Positions 36,925 through 51,075 of a stretch of 64,000 nucleotides of DNA are shown here, piece after piece. The stretch is from Octopus bimaculoides (lineage: Eukaryota). Numbering within the stretch: position 1 is the first letter of the stretch; each line of letters opens with the position of its first letter. The stretch is from the NCBI RefSeq assembly GCF_001194135.2, contig NC_068982.1, forward strand, positions 70,171,244-70,235,243, read 5' to 3'. The position numbers and the translations under genes were made by a program. The notes under the pieces were generated by a model. It ran no database searches. It was not told the DNA's origin and saw only the letters and a list, made by a program, of their open reading frames with translations.

Positions 36925-39504
36925 TTAAGCAAATAACTTCATCCCACTTGCTTTACTATAATTAATTAAACCATTCATTATCAGCTTGCCCAATACCAAC
37001 CTAAAGTCTTCATGGTCTGAGATTACCAACCCATGCAACAGCACCCATAATTAGTGTTTCTATATTTAAATAAGAATATTGACTTAAATCTCATTATTAT
37101 AATAGTGATAACATGATTTCACAAGATAAACATTGTTATTTTATATAATCTTTTATACTTGAAACAAATAGATACCAGCTACTAGCTTCACATTCAATAG
37201 TAACAACTACAGATTTCTAAGAGTTTTAAAAGAAAAAGTGGTAACAGCAACAAGCATAACTAAGTGTTGGATGTACAGCTGGATAGTTCAATTTCTGAAA
37301 GTGAATATCAATTGCAACAATGATATTTAATTTTATTCCAGAAACACAAGGGAAAGAGAAAATGTTAAAAGATTTCTCATCAAAATTGTTTTTTCATTAA
37401 AGTAACTGGATCCAATTACAGTTCCAGGCTATAATTGCAGAAACAAATATTTAAGCAGAATATAAACAAAGGAAAAAAAGATTATGGTCTTGCACATGCC
37501 TGGACAAAACTTGACCATTTTTTACAGTAAATATAACAAAGTGAATCTATGAAAAGAATTCTTCTAAAATGCCTAAAGGAAGAAAGGATGGGCACAAGCA
37601 TGGTTAAGAAGCTGCATTAGAAAAGATTATCCAACCCATACAAGCATGAAAAAAAAAAATAGACATAAAAACTATGAAGATGATGATGATATAAATGCTC
37701 AACAAAGACAAGATTGAGTTACTTCTTAGGCTTTCATCATTGTTAAATGAAAAGGGAGAAGCAAACAAAGATACACTAATTAAAAACGAAAATGTCTAGC
37801 AATTACTTGATTGATCTGTTCTGTGTAATAAATGACATCAAATGACAAGGTTATAAAAAGAAAACAGAATTTTTTTCTCCCTCCCAAATCTTCAAAATAT
37901 ACTAATTAAAAGTATTGCCAGTGAGTGATGAGTTCCTTTCTGTATTGGAAAACAAAATCAAACAGAAATAATATTATATAACTAAAACAATAAGTCTCAT
38001 AAAGCTAGTGTATATCTCAGACAGGTAATTACTTCAAATAACGGTATTAGTATGAAGTTAAATATAATTAGAACAAGACACAAAATTCCAAATTTAGTAA
38101 CTCAGTCTGATTGTCTAACAAGTAAATGAGAGAAAAGAGACAAATATAATTGCAGCACCAAAAGAATCAACAAAAACCTTTCATCTAAACTATTTGAAAT
38201 TAAATTCTATATCTCCCTCCAAATTTTCCTGACCACCTTTGGTGCCAAACTAAACATTCAATTAGCAAGTCCAAAACCTTAATTTGCCCATTTACAAGTT
38301 ACTAGTCCTTAATATACAGAAAAATATTATTGATAAAATTTATAATTCATAGCTATTTGACTCGTTTTCTTCCTAGCCACAAGTTAACATTGATAATAAA
38401 AAAATTAAAATAAACTTCAAACATCTAACATACAAATTTTCCAACTTTAGACTTCTATCTGACCCACGTGGTTCTAGGTTAAGTCTCACTGCATGGCACT
38501 TTGGACAATTGTCTTCATCTAAAGCTCCAGGCACACTGAAGCTTTCTTAATGAACTTCATAAATGGAAACTGTGAGGAATCCCAGCATATAAATATGTGT
38601 GTTCATTGTCTTTGTCCTCCCACCATTACTTGAAAGAGATCGACAGAATATGTACCAGACTTAACAATAAGTATTGGGGTCAATTTGTTCAACTGTACCC
38701 TTTAAGGCAGTGCCCCAGCATGGTTGCATTCCAACTAGTAAAAGATAAAAAAAAAAGATACAAAATCTTAACTTTGCATCTGGTTGCCATTTCTGACTTG
38801 TGACCTTCAAAAAGTTCACCTAACTCTATACACACAGCAGTCAGACAGAGTCAGACATATTGCTTCACTGGACTTCACTGGCAAAGCCACAAGAGATTTT
38901 GAACATTTGAAAAATCCAATATCTATTTATGGCTAGCACTGGCTTGAATGTGAAAGTGCATGATGGAATCTGTTAATTCTATAAACTCTTGTATCTAATT
39001 GCAGTTAGTTCCTAATATTTCTGTTATCCTAAGTGTCTATTCCAAGCTCACAATTCAGTGATGGGCGGCATCATATTTAAGCTTTTATTCAATGAGCCAG
39101 CATCCACTCATCTTACTTGAATGCAACTTCTTTAAAAATGTAAACATTCCACAGCAGTCAATAGTTTGCACATTAATGTTCAAAAGAAGATGCAAGGTTT
39201 AGTGGTTAGGCTATTTGGCTCACAATCTTATGATCATGAGTTCAATTCCTGGTGGCATGTTGTGTACTTTGGTAAGATACTTCATATTGTTTCAGTCCAC
39301 TCAGCTGGCAAAAATGATCAGGTTCAGGATTTCAAAGGGTCAGCTTAGTCACATTCTGTGTCTTGCTGAATCTCCTGGAAAACTATATTCAGTGTACATG
39401 CGCCTGTGGGGTGCTCAACCAGCTGCATTTAATTTCACAAGCAGGCTGTTCCAGTGATCAGATCAACTGGAACCCTCATTGTCGTAACCAATGGAGTGCC
39501 AGTT

Positions 39505-39711
39505 AATGTCCAAAAGGAGTATAGTTCATTTCAAAAAGAGTGTACGGTTCATGATCAAAAAGAATGTACGGTTCATGATCAAAAAGAGTGTACGGTTCAT
39601 GTTCAAAAGGAATGTACGGTTCATGTTCAAAAAGAATGTACGGTTTATGTTCAAAAAGAATGTACGGTTGATGTTCAAGAAAAGTGTATGATTCATGTTC
39701 AAAGAGTGTTT
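39505..39711. repeat. 24-bp minisatellite, about 8 copies
   Basis: Unit TGTACGGTTCATG(A/T)TCAAAAAGA(A/G), starting right after the tail of a SINE-like element (about 39185-39502). Confidence 0.9.
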
Positions 39712-39971
39712 GACTTTGCATGCATTTGACATTTTCTCATGGTCACTTCCCAATGTTATACTTAGAAACCAACAAAATAAGTGTCAGGGTTAATGTGATC
39801 AATCAAACCTTTGAAATTATAGTTCTCCAACAGACCAATGACCTAATCTACAGGTGGATGCCCTTTCAAATACCAACCACTTTACAGAGTGAATGAGGTA
39901 CTTTATCTCATGACAGCTACACTAGTAAGGTTGCCACGTAACTCACAAAACTAGTCTCTTTGACTGAGTAG

Positions 39972-40007
<36 letters not shown>

Positions 40008-41815
40008 NNNNNNNNNNNNNNNNNNNNNNNNNNNNNNNNNNNNNNNNNNNNNNNNNNNNNNNNNNNNNNNNNNNNNNNNNNNNNNNNNNNNNNNNNNNNN
40101 NNNNNNNNNNNNNNNNNNNNNNNNNNNNNNNNNNNNNNNNNNNNNNNNNNNNNNNNNNNNNNNNNNNNNNNNNNNNNNNNNNNNNNNNNNNNNNNNNNNN
40201 NNNNNNNNNNNNNNNNNNNNNNNNNNNNNNNNNNNNNNNNNNNNNNNNNNNNNNNNNNNNNNNNNNNNNNNNNNNNNNNNNNNNNNNNNNNNNNNNNNNN
40301 NNNNNNNNNNNNNNNNNNNNNNNNNNNNNNNNNNNNNNNNNNNNNNNNNNNNAGAGTGAAAAATAAAATCTGTCAAAGGGTGGAGGAACTCTCAAGAGTC
40401 AACAGCCATCCAACATTGCTTACATAGGTCATTCTTGGTTGGGAAAGACTAGGTGAAAAATTGCTAAACTAAATGTTTAATTTCAGCTGGTCTTTGGAGC
40501 ATTTAGCACTACAATAGAAGGGTCTTTGCAATGCAGTGCAAGTTGCATAAGACTTAAATTCTGTGTGGACCTTTCTAACATCATTGTAAACAGTCTTTGT
40601 TGTCTTCATTCCTAGATCTTATAGTCCTTTCATGTGCTTTTGTAATTTTGTTCTAAATTATACATTTTTTTTTTCCTTTTCATGTGTTTTGTGGGTGTTG
40701 TGTTGGTGTTGGGAACAGTCATATTCAATTAATGGGTTAGCAGCCAAAAGAAGAAGAAAATATGTACAAAGGGAACAACTTTTTCTTTCAAATGCTATAC
40801 TGAAGACAGCTGTGCACAGGGTTAAATTTTATGTTGATATTTGCTTTTCATTTTTCCAAATTAATCTTTTATTTTTAGTTTGGAACAACATTTCAAAGTC
40901 TATAAATATTCTGAGACCTTAGCCTTATACTGAAAATGATGTTAGGATAGTGGTGCTATTATTGTTGTGCTTGTTTTGTAATCGCCTTGGTTGGATTTTT
41001 TTTATCAGTTATAAAAACCATTCCCACGATTCTTTTGCTGTCTACTAAAAAAAAGGGGGAGGGGGCATTAATAGCGCCTGTATTGCCACAAGAGATCAAG
41101 AAAGTTTCGGAAAGTTAATGAATTTAGAAACATAAATGTTCCAAAATAAATATAAAAGACTAATTAGGAAATATCCCAAAAATAAAATCAATATAAAAAG
41201 GTTAAACTTGAGCAAGGTTATCTCTTCAATATAATATTGTGTTCATTGTTTCTGTACGCGCGTGTGCGTGCGTGTGTGTGTGTGTATAACGGGATATTCC
41301 AGATAAATTTAATCTCAATGAACTTCCATTCACAATTTACAATATATATCACAAGTTGACGTAAATATATGCCTACAATCTATTTTAACTACCGTGAGAT
41401 AGGTAGTTGTACACAACAGTCAACAACATAAAAGAAGACAGATATATTCAAATTACAGATTCCAATTACAGATAGCAGAAAGAAAAGAAAGAAAATAAGA
41501 TTCGATAGATGTCTTTTGTTTTGTTTGGTTTTCCTTCTTTTGTTTTTTGTAGAACTAACATCTATTAATAATTCAACAACAACAAAAATAGTTACAAGTT
41601 GCTATATAAGAAAAAAAAAAAAAGCAGAAAAGCGAACCCGAGAATGGGTTTATTTATTTATTTACTTTCAATACTTCGAGATTTTAACACATCAATAATT
41701 TGCTATGAAACAAGCTGACAGCTGATAACTGTTTCTGATTGGCTATTTACTGTGTCAGTAGTTTGTGACCAGTAGTGGTGAATCATAGATCCCTAGCTAG
41801 AATTTATCCACTTAC

Positions 41816-41837
41816 GCAAGTTGGCTGATTGAATAAG
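41816..41837 (-). other. Candidate 22-nt micro-exon
   Basis: A long pyrimidine tract cctctttctcttctttgcttcAG, then CTTATTCAATCAGCCAACTTGC, then GTAAGT. Supported by splice signals only. Confidence 0.3.
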
Positions 41838-42224
41838 CTGAAGCAAAGAAGAGAAAGAGGATTTGAAAATGGAGGGATGATTTCAGACAATAATATAAAT
41901 TTCAAGAAATACATTCATCAATTTTTGTTGTTGTTGTGTTTCTTTCTCTCTCGCTCGCCCTCTCTCTTTTCCTCCCACCGTCTTACAAGAGTATGCATCT
42001 CGTTAACAAGTGGAGGCATGCTACTAGCTACTATATAGCACTTAGCAAAATTAATATAGAGGAAACTAGTTTTCTGACAACAAAAGCATTCTGGAGAGTT
42101 AAAAAAAGGTTTTCAAGTAGCTATCTCTATTTGTATTTTCAGTTTATTTCTATCTTTCTATTCAATATAAATACATACATACATATATCAGTTTACACGT
42201 GTGTAAAATAAGGTCGAATGAAGG

Positions 42225-42600
42225 TTTCGTGCAGGCATCTTTTACTTGTTTCTGTCATTAGACTACGGCCATGCTGGGGCACCACCTTGCATTTTAATCG
42301 AACAGATCGACCCCAGGACTTTTTTTTAAAGCCTAGTACTTATTCTATCAGTATCTTTTGCTGCACCACTAAGTCCCGGGGACGTAAACACGCATACATC
42401 TGACATGATAGGTCAACCATTATAATCATATAAACACACACACACGACGGGCTTCCTTCAGTCTCCATTTACCAAATCCACTCACAAGGCTTTGGTCGGC
42501 AGAGGTTATAGTAGAAGACACTTGCTCAAGGTACAACGCAGTGGGACTGAACCCGGAACCATGTGATTGGGAAGCAAAATTATTACCACACAGCCACTTG
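42225..42600 (-). mobile_element. SINE family 1
   Basis: Reverse-complement copy, head-to-head with the + copy at 42822-43200. Confidence 0.85.
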
Positions 42601-42821
42601 CAAAAACAAAATATATCTCTCAAGTGTTAATTGAAATTGTTGTCTCTGACATGAGAAAAACTAAAAAGTACATTTGACATACTACGATGACAAAAAAAGA
42701 AATATTAACAGATTACATTGGAATATACACTTATAGAGGATAATGAGTAAATAAGATATCCTCTATATTTGTTTTGGCAGCTAATTAAACACAGAGTCAC
42801 ACCTGAATACTTTCTCCCAGC

Positions 42822-43200
42822 ATGCCTGCATGGTTAAGAAGCTAGCTTTGCAACCTCGAGGTTTTGTGTTCAGTGCCACTACACAGCACTTTGAACAAGT
42901 GTCTTCTACTATAGCCCTGGGCCAACTAGTGCCTTGTGAGTGAGTTTGGTAGACAGAAACTGTGGAAGGTCATTATGTGTGTGAGTGTGAATGTACGAGT
43001 GTGTTTGTCTCCGGCCACTGCTTGACCACTGGTGCTGGTTTGTTTACATCCCCACAGCTTAGCAGTTCAGCAAAAAAGAAATCAATAGAATAAGTAACGG
43101 ACTTTTAAAAACACAAAGTATTGGAGTCTACTTGTTCAACTGAACCCTTCAAGGCAGTGCCCCAGCATGGCCACAGTGCAATGACTGAAACAAGATAAAC
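42822..43200 (+). mobile_element. SINE family 1
   Basis: A similar copy. Further copies lie near 2125(+), 20450(-), 22405(+ tail), 30900(-), 38460(+), 45590(-), 47050(+), 48400(-), 49340(-), 58125(-), 60610(-) and 63250(-). Confidence 0.8.
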
Positions 43201-43555
43201 AAGTATTATATTCAGATCCCATCCATCTTTCCAATAATTGTTTCTTAATATAAGCAATTAATGTTATACATAGCCATTCTTTGTTTCTCCAACTACACAA
43301 AAAGACAACACTTAACCAAGATTAAAGGATGACGTGAAACAGTTATGTCTGTAGTAAGATTTGAAACAATCAACAAATTGCAAAGTTATCCCTGTGATTG
43401 GCTGAGTTATAGACCAATCTGCTTGATCTCTTTACAAGGCTTATAAATAGGCAGGTTTTTAGTGCCAACTTTGCAGTGTCAAGGATGGCCAAGAGAAATG
43501 CATCTCCAGTGTTGCCAGGCCATATTGCACAGAAACCAGCCAATTCATTTTTATA

Positions 43556-43947
43556 GGCGCAGGAGTGGCTGTGTGGTAAGTAGCTTGCTTACCAACCACA
43601 TGGTTCCGGGTTCAGTCCCACTGCGTGGCACCTTGAGCAAGTGTCTTCTACTATAGCCTCGGGCCGACCAAAGCCTTGTGAGTGGATTTGGTAGACGGAA
43701 ACTGAGAGAAGCCCGTCATATATATGCATATATATGTATGTGTGTTTCTGTGTCTGTGTTTGTCCCCCCACCATCGCTTGACAACCAACAGTGGTGTGTT
43801 TACGTCCCCGTCACTTAGCGGTTCGGCAAAAGAGACCGATAGAATAAGTACTAGGCTTCCAAAGAATAATTCCTGGGGTCGATTTGCTTGACTAAAGGCG
43901 GTGCTCCAACATGGCTGCAGTCAAATGACTGAAACAAGTAAAAGAGA
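43556..43947 (+). mobile_element. Young full-length tRNA-type SINE, family 1
   Basis: It has the head GGCGCAGGAGTGGCTGTGTGGTAAG (A box) and GGTTCAGTCCC (B box), a central (TA/TG)n tract and the tail gactgaaacaagtaaaagag. CpGs are retained. Confidence 0.9.
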
Positions 43948-44523
43948 GACATGTCTCACCTCTTGCCTCAGTTTGTGGATGATCACAGCTAAGCTAACTG
44001 CACTCTTATTTTGCTGCTTTTTAACAGTTGTTTTAATGACTCAGTTTGCAGTCATGAACCCAGCCTGGTATATTTCCTTTTGTTGTGGAAGTTTATTTAC
44101 AGAGCCTTCTTAATCAACTAATTGTAATAGCTACACAATTGTTGTTTCCAGTGTGTAAACTTTGTTGTCGCATTTTTAATACATGACCAACATAGAAAAT
44201 ATTTCTGCGGTGAAATAAAATTCTGTTAATTGTCCACAAGTATTGCGCATTCATTATACGCAACTTGAACCCAACTCAAACTACCAGCATCTCACACTCT
44301 TCATTCTATGTCTATCGTGACAACTGTTAACTGCACCTCTCATGACATGTTCAACAAGAAGACAACATACAAATAATTTTCACTGTATATCAACTTTGAA
44401 ACATTAACAAGATCTGCAGAACAATATGAAAGCATTGAAAGTAAATTACAATTAAATTTATTTTTGTTCAACTATAGTACTTATAAAAGTCTTTTTGAAG
44501 ATACATACATACATTATATATAT

Positions 44524-44568
<45 letters not shown>

Positions 44569-44885
44569 TCAGTAAATAAGTCAGTATTAACCGCACATGG
44601 AGAAATAATAGGAAAATGAAGAATAAGGCAGAATGCTAAATTGGAAGCATGTTTTAATAAAGATTTCAAATTGGAAGCATTTTTTAATAAGGATTTCTAA
44701 CCGGCTTTCATTGCGAAACAAGTTTTCAAGAAGGAAAGGAGAATGAAAATGTTTTTTACAAAGAAGTACAAAATGAAGAAAATAATATATAAAAAAAAAT
44801 AATATATAAAAAAATAACTATACCAATACATTATATTATCTTTGAGCTTTTGAAGTTCAATGGTAGTTCATGTATATAATGGTTG

Positions 44886-45515
44886 NNNNNNNNNNNNNNN
44901 NNNNNNNNNNNNNNNNNNNNNNNNNNNNNNNNNNNNNNNNNNNNNNNNNNNNNNNNNNNNNNNNNNNNNNNNNNNNNNNNNNNNNNNNNNNNNNNNNNNN
45001 NNNNNNNNNNNNNNNNNNNNNNNNNNNNNNNNNNNNNNNNNNNNNNNNNNNNNNNNNNNNNNNNNNNNNNNNNNNNNNNNNNNNNNNNNNNNNNNNNNNN
45101 NNNNNNNNNNNNNNNNNNNNNNNNNNNNNNNNNNNNNNNNNNNNNNNNNNNNNNNNNNNNNNNNNNNNNNNNNNNNNNNNNNNNNNNNNNNNNNNNNNNN
45201 NNNNNNNNNNNNNNNNNNNNNNNNNNNNNNNNNNNNNNNNNNNNNNNNNNNNNNNNNNNNNNNNNNNNNNNNNNNNNNNNNNNNNNNNNNNNNNNNNNNN
45301 NNNNNNNNNNNNNNNNNNNNNNNNNNNNNNNNNNNNNNNNNNNNNNNNNNNNNNNNNNNNNNNNNNNNNNNNNNNNNNNNNNNNNNNNNNNNNNNNNNNN
45401 NNNNNNNNNNNNNNNNNNNNNNNNNNNNNNNNNNNNNNNNNNNNNNNNNNNNNNNNNNNNNNNNNNNNNNNNNNNNNNNNNNNNNNNNNNNNNNNNNNNN
45501 NNNNNNNNNNNNNNN
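44886..45515. other. Assembly gap (largest of seven)
   Basis: N runs at 7335-7522, 20021-20030, 40008-40352, 44886-45515, 50407-50435, 58795-58890 and 59993-60067, mostly flanked by microsatellites. Confidence 0.99.
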
Positions 45516-45549
<34 letters not shown>

Positions 45550-48500
45550 GCACACACGCATACATACATATATATTCTTTTGGATTTTTTACTCGTTTCA
45601 GTCACAGGATGGTGGCCATGCTGGGGTACCACCTTGAAGAGTTAAGTTGAACAAATCAACCCCCAGTACTTATTTTTCAAGTCTAGTACTTATTCTGTCA
45701 GTTTGTTGCTGAATTGTTAAGTTACAAGGAAATAAACAAACTAACACCGATTGTCAAGTACCAGTGGGACACGGACACACACACACATAAATGTAGAGGA
45801 AACAGATGGTAGAGATGCAGGAGGTTTGGACAATGGAGTTGGTGACAGTAGAAGTGGAGACAGAAAAAGAAATGAAGCCACACACACACACAAAATAGGC
45901 TTCCATGAAGTTGTTTCTGTCAACCAAATCCACTCACAAGGTACTGGTTGACCTGAGGTTGTTGTAGAAGACACTTAACCAAGATGCCACACAGAGGAGC
46001 CAAACAGAAAACTATGTGGCAACAAAATAGCTTCTTAACCACACCGCCATATCTGTGCATGTAAATCAAGATACTGTTATAAAAACCTAACATAAAAGCA
46101 TCTCTCAAACTGGCCATTTTGGATTAGTGGCTTCTTCACTGTTGACTACATTTATGAATGTTAATAAATCTTTCCTGCTAAACTCCATAAAGTTAGCTGA
46201 AAAGAAGTTTCAAAACTCAGCTATTTCCACTGCTGACTGAAGCAATCCCCTATGTATCCGCAAACATATTTTATTTCACTTGCAGACAGCATTACTGCAA
46301 GTAATATAATAATACAGCATAGCTATATTACTTTCCTCTACCATCTTAATTTATTCCACACCACTAAGGTTTTTCTTTTGAAAAAGCTGTTGCTTATCTT
46401 CCTTCTCCATTCTCCACATCAATCTTAGTTATGATGAGACAAACCAGCAGAGATTCAAGAACAGTGCAAACTTTAGTTACACAAGACAGTAAAAAAAAAA
46501 AAAAAAAGAGGGGAGGGAGTCTAAGAATATGTACAAGCACAAGAGAAGTTACATAATCAATGCAACCTACTCATTGCAACCATCAAATGCCATTTGGTTT
46601 AATTCCTGGCTATTTTTAAAACACTGGACACTTAAGCACAAAGTTTTAAATCTCAACATAGTACAACTTAAAACATGAGAGGATTATGAGTGGGGTGTCT
46701 GGTTGAAAATTAAATTATAACTCTTACTGACATGATTAGTGTTGAATCTGTATAAACAAAACTGGCCCCCTGGATCCATCTATCCCTATACCATTGTAGA
46801 ATTGATCAATGCTAATAAAATACAATCATTCAGGTTTGTGGTAGTCTTCAGCATCACACAAGTTAATTTTTTTACACAAAAAAAACGATATAGTAATGTA
46901 CTACATTTTTCATGCTTATAATGTGCAATATCATTTATATATTCTTTTACTGATTTTTATCACTGGCTCATGGCCATACTGTTTTTGCTGGAGCAGGCAC
47001 ACATGGAATATTTGTGTATATATATATGTGTGTCTGTGCATGTATAGGTGCAATTATGGTTGTGTGTCTAAGAAGTTTACTTCCCAACCATGTGGTTTGG
47101 GATTCAGTCCCACTGTGTGGCATCTTGGGCAAGTGTCTTCTACTATAGCCTCAAGTCCTTTGTGAGTGGATTTGGTAGATGGAAACTGAAAGAAACCAAT
47201 CACTTATGTGAATGCATGGGAGAATGTCTTTGTGTCTCTTCTTCTTAACATTGCACAATAGATGTGAATGAGCATCACTATCATACAAGCAATGCCATCA
47301 TTTACAATTGTTCGTTAAAACAAGTCCAGCTCTGAGGAAATATTTCCCTGCTTGAAAGCAGAAGAAGGTTGGCAACAGGAAGTGCACCCATCCCGCTGTA
47401 GAAAATCTGCCTCAACAAATTCTGTCTAACCTATCCACAGATTGAAAAGTGGATATTAACAGGTATGTGGAGGATTGACAGAATCATTAGCACATCAGAC
47501 AAAATGCCTCATGGTATTATGGCCATTTACATTTGAGTCCAAATCCTGCGAAAGTCAACTTTGCCTTTCATCCTCCAGGGGTTGATAAAATATCAATCAA
47601 GTACTTGGACCAATGGGTCAACTAACCCGCCCCAACACACATGCACACACATCCCTCAAAACTGCTGGCTTTGTGCCTATATTAGAAACAATATATTAGA
47701 TTATGCTTGTATGTTAGCACAAGAAAACCACAGTATAAATAAAAGACTCAATGTAGTATATGCAAAGTAAGTGATTTATTATTTGATAAGAATGCTGACA
47801 GGTTGACTAAAATGTTTAAATCTTGAGAATTTGTTTGAGCATGCTTAGATGAGTTCCCAAGTACAAAGCAGTTTGCAACCTGTCAACATTTTTATAAATA
47901 AATAAACATATTTAAAATACAAACAGACCTTATTGGCATCATGTTTATCAACACATTTCCCCACCAAGGGCTTGTATTTTAAACATCTCTCTATATATAG
48001 TTCCACATTCAATATTGTGTGTGTGTGTCTGTGTACACATACACATGATGGCCTTCCAAACCAGCTTCAACAACAACATTTCCACACATTATTAGACAGT
48101 TCAATACCATGTGTGAGGCTATAAAAGACAGTTACCAAGATACCAAGCAGTGGAATCAAATCCAGAACTACATAGTGACAAAGCAAACTTTTCCAATTAT
48201 AGCTATGCATACACACAACCTCTTTCTCCTCCCCCTCTCTCTCATGCATTATATATCCCCACCTGGTTTTCAAGCTAGGGGTCTCTCACTCTACATATGT
48301 TTGAATATACAAAGCCAGCAGATGATTTGTTAATAAGAGAAATAACATAACCACTTGTAGCTAGCAAATTTGAGAGAAGCACAAATGTAAACAAATGTGT
48401 TACACACACATATGAAAGACTTCTTCCAGTTCCTGTTCTACCAAATCCACTCACAAGCCATTGGTTGACCAGAGGCTAATAGTAAAAGACACTCACAGTG

Positions 48501-48827
48501 ACACATAATGGAACTAAGACTGGAACTATACGATTGGGAAGTAAACTTCTTAACCATACAACTATGCCTGCACGCACACACACACACACATATACAATCA
48601 TCATCAACATCGCCACTGCCATTATTTAGATGCCAACTTTTCTATGCTTGCATCAGTCAGATGGAATCACTGAGACAGATACTTTGTCACCAACTCAACC
48701 CTGCTTCCAAGCAAGGTAATACTTCCCCCATGACAGGATGTGATTTCACAAAAAATTAGAAATGAAGGACACTGCTTGTATGGCTATGACACTCATAACT
48801 ATCATGTGATGTCAAAACAAAGAGAGA

Positions 48828-48870
<43 letters not shown>

Positions 48871-50354
48871 CAAAAGACAATCTTTAATATCCAGCTTAAC
48901 AAGGATGTATTGTGAAAACATCAAATACTGTAGTATTCGCCTTGAGAAGTCCTCTCATATAAACGCATCGTGCATAAAAGCACAAATATATATTGTAACA
49001 GAATCGCCTGGCATGAGCACCAGATCTGCCTGATTGTGTGATTTCAGCATACTGTGCTTCTTCAATGGCAGCCATCTAATCACTATATACAAGACAAATC
49101 TCACTGCCCACAATATATAAAATAAGTCTTTTTAGTCACCAATGTCACAAACATCCAGGAGGCTTATTAAAAATAAATATTAGCGATGGAAAAAGTAATA
49201 ATATCAAAAGGTTTAAGTTAGATGATATACAGATTGCCTTCTGGTATTAATGCTATTTCTTTCACTTATGTGTGTGTGTGTGTGCATGCGCGCGCGAGCA
49301 TATATTTGTGTGTGTGTGTGTGTGCATGCATATATATATGTGTGTATAGATATATAGACTTTTCAGTTTCTCTCTACCAAACCCACTCACAAGGCTTTGA
49401 TTAGCCCTGTACTATAGTAGTAGACATTTGCCCAAAGTGCTATGCAGTAGGACTGAAGGACTGAACCTGAAACCACATGACTGTGAAATAGCAAGTTTCT
49501 TAATTGCACAACACATCTGCACCTATATATAAAGAACTTTCATCTTTTATATACACACATGAGAAATACACAGGTGGGTAAAACATTAGAATACTAGTCA
49601 AAAGGCTTATATAATTCTGTCACTGTGTAATGTTGTGATGTGATTCTGGCAAAGGAACAAAACTTTCAATTATAAACTCCTAACTATAAATAGGCTGAAC
49701 AAAGAGGCTACACATCACCACTATAGGATAGATACAAAGGAATAAGTAATTAAAAACTATTTTTATTGCTTTGCAATGAATGACATTGGTAGCATTAATT
49801 TCCAAGGAGCTATTAATAATGAATGCAGCTCTCAGTAATATTATCCAAGACATGCCAAAAGTGACATTTTGACCAGGATTCCTGAAGCTTCAAACTACTC
49901 TCCTCTCTCTCTCTCTCATACACAAACAAACACATACACACAGACATGCACATATATGCACACATTCATTCAATATCATGCAACTTCACATTCATAATAT
50001 CATTTTGCAGAACCATTTCTTTCCATCACAAACTCATACACAAAGAGAGACACTCACATATATACTCATGCACACAAACATGTAGTATGTGTGTGTGTGT
50101 GCGTGTGCGTGCACATAATGGTTTCAAATTTTGGCACAGGGCCAGCAATTTCTGAAAGGAAGGGGAAGTCAATTACATTGATCCCTAGAACTTGACTGGT
50201 ACTTACTTTATTGACCCTGAAAGGATGAAGAATAAAGTCAACCTCAGCAAAATTTGAACTCAGAATAGAAAGACATAAAATGCCACTAAGCATTTTGCAG
50301 GCATGCTAACAGTTTTGCCAGATCACCACTTTTTGTGAGTGAACAAAATACCAA

Positions 50355-50406
<52 letters not shown>

Positions 50407-51043
50407 NNNNNNNNNNNNNNNNNNNNNNNNNNNNNCACGCACGCACACGCACGCACGCACGCACATGCACGCACACACACACACACACACACATAGATAC
50501 ATGAAATATGACAATAATTGTTTTCATGCAAGAGAGATTTCTCGTAATCATATAATCCACATTGGAATCTATCTAATTAAATGTTATTCTTAGAATAGAT
50601 AAACTAAGGAGTGACGTACCAAATGACATTTGCAAATTTTTTCAACTTAAATTTCTTGTTCAGTTGGAGAAAAACAAAAACCTAGTGGTATTTGCTAGCA
50701 ACTCAAGAGAAATGGAGGTAATTTAATTCTGCAATTTTTTTTTAATCTCTACACAGACATGCTGTCCTATTCCTCTATCTTTTCTATTGCTACTAAAATG
50801 GAATTTATTCCCTAAAACTGGCTGGTCTCATGCACCTACCACTTTCATTTCCACCTCTCCTCACTTTCAGTACACTCAACCCCTTTGGTCCTGTACTAAC
50901 TTTTATGCCTGGTCCTTTCTCTCCAAAGCATTATTCTTCTATGATCTTTTTCTACAGAGTGGAGTATTAACAGCATCAAACTCACCAAGCTTCAAAAGCC
51001 TCATAATGTAACAGATAATGCCCCTTCCTACAAACTCAACAAT

Positions 51044-51075
<32 letters not shown>

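Noticed and set aside
39505-39711. Regular 24-bp repeat as a CRISPR-like array
   Set aside because: Head-to-tail units with no unique spacers, in eukaryotic context with no cas genes.
43950-44500. Possible decayed Tc1/mariner 5' portion around the young SINE
   Set aside because: Only a vague HTH-like translation and one TIR-like end (ctttttgaagatac); too weak to call.
44831-45650. Long ORFs of 230-260 aa, also at 39943-40427 and 7186-7562
   Set aside because: Artefacts of N runs.
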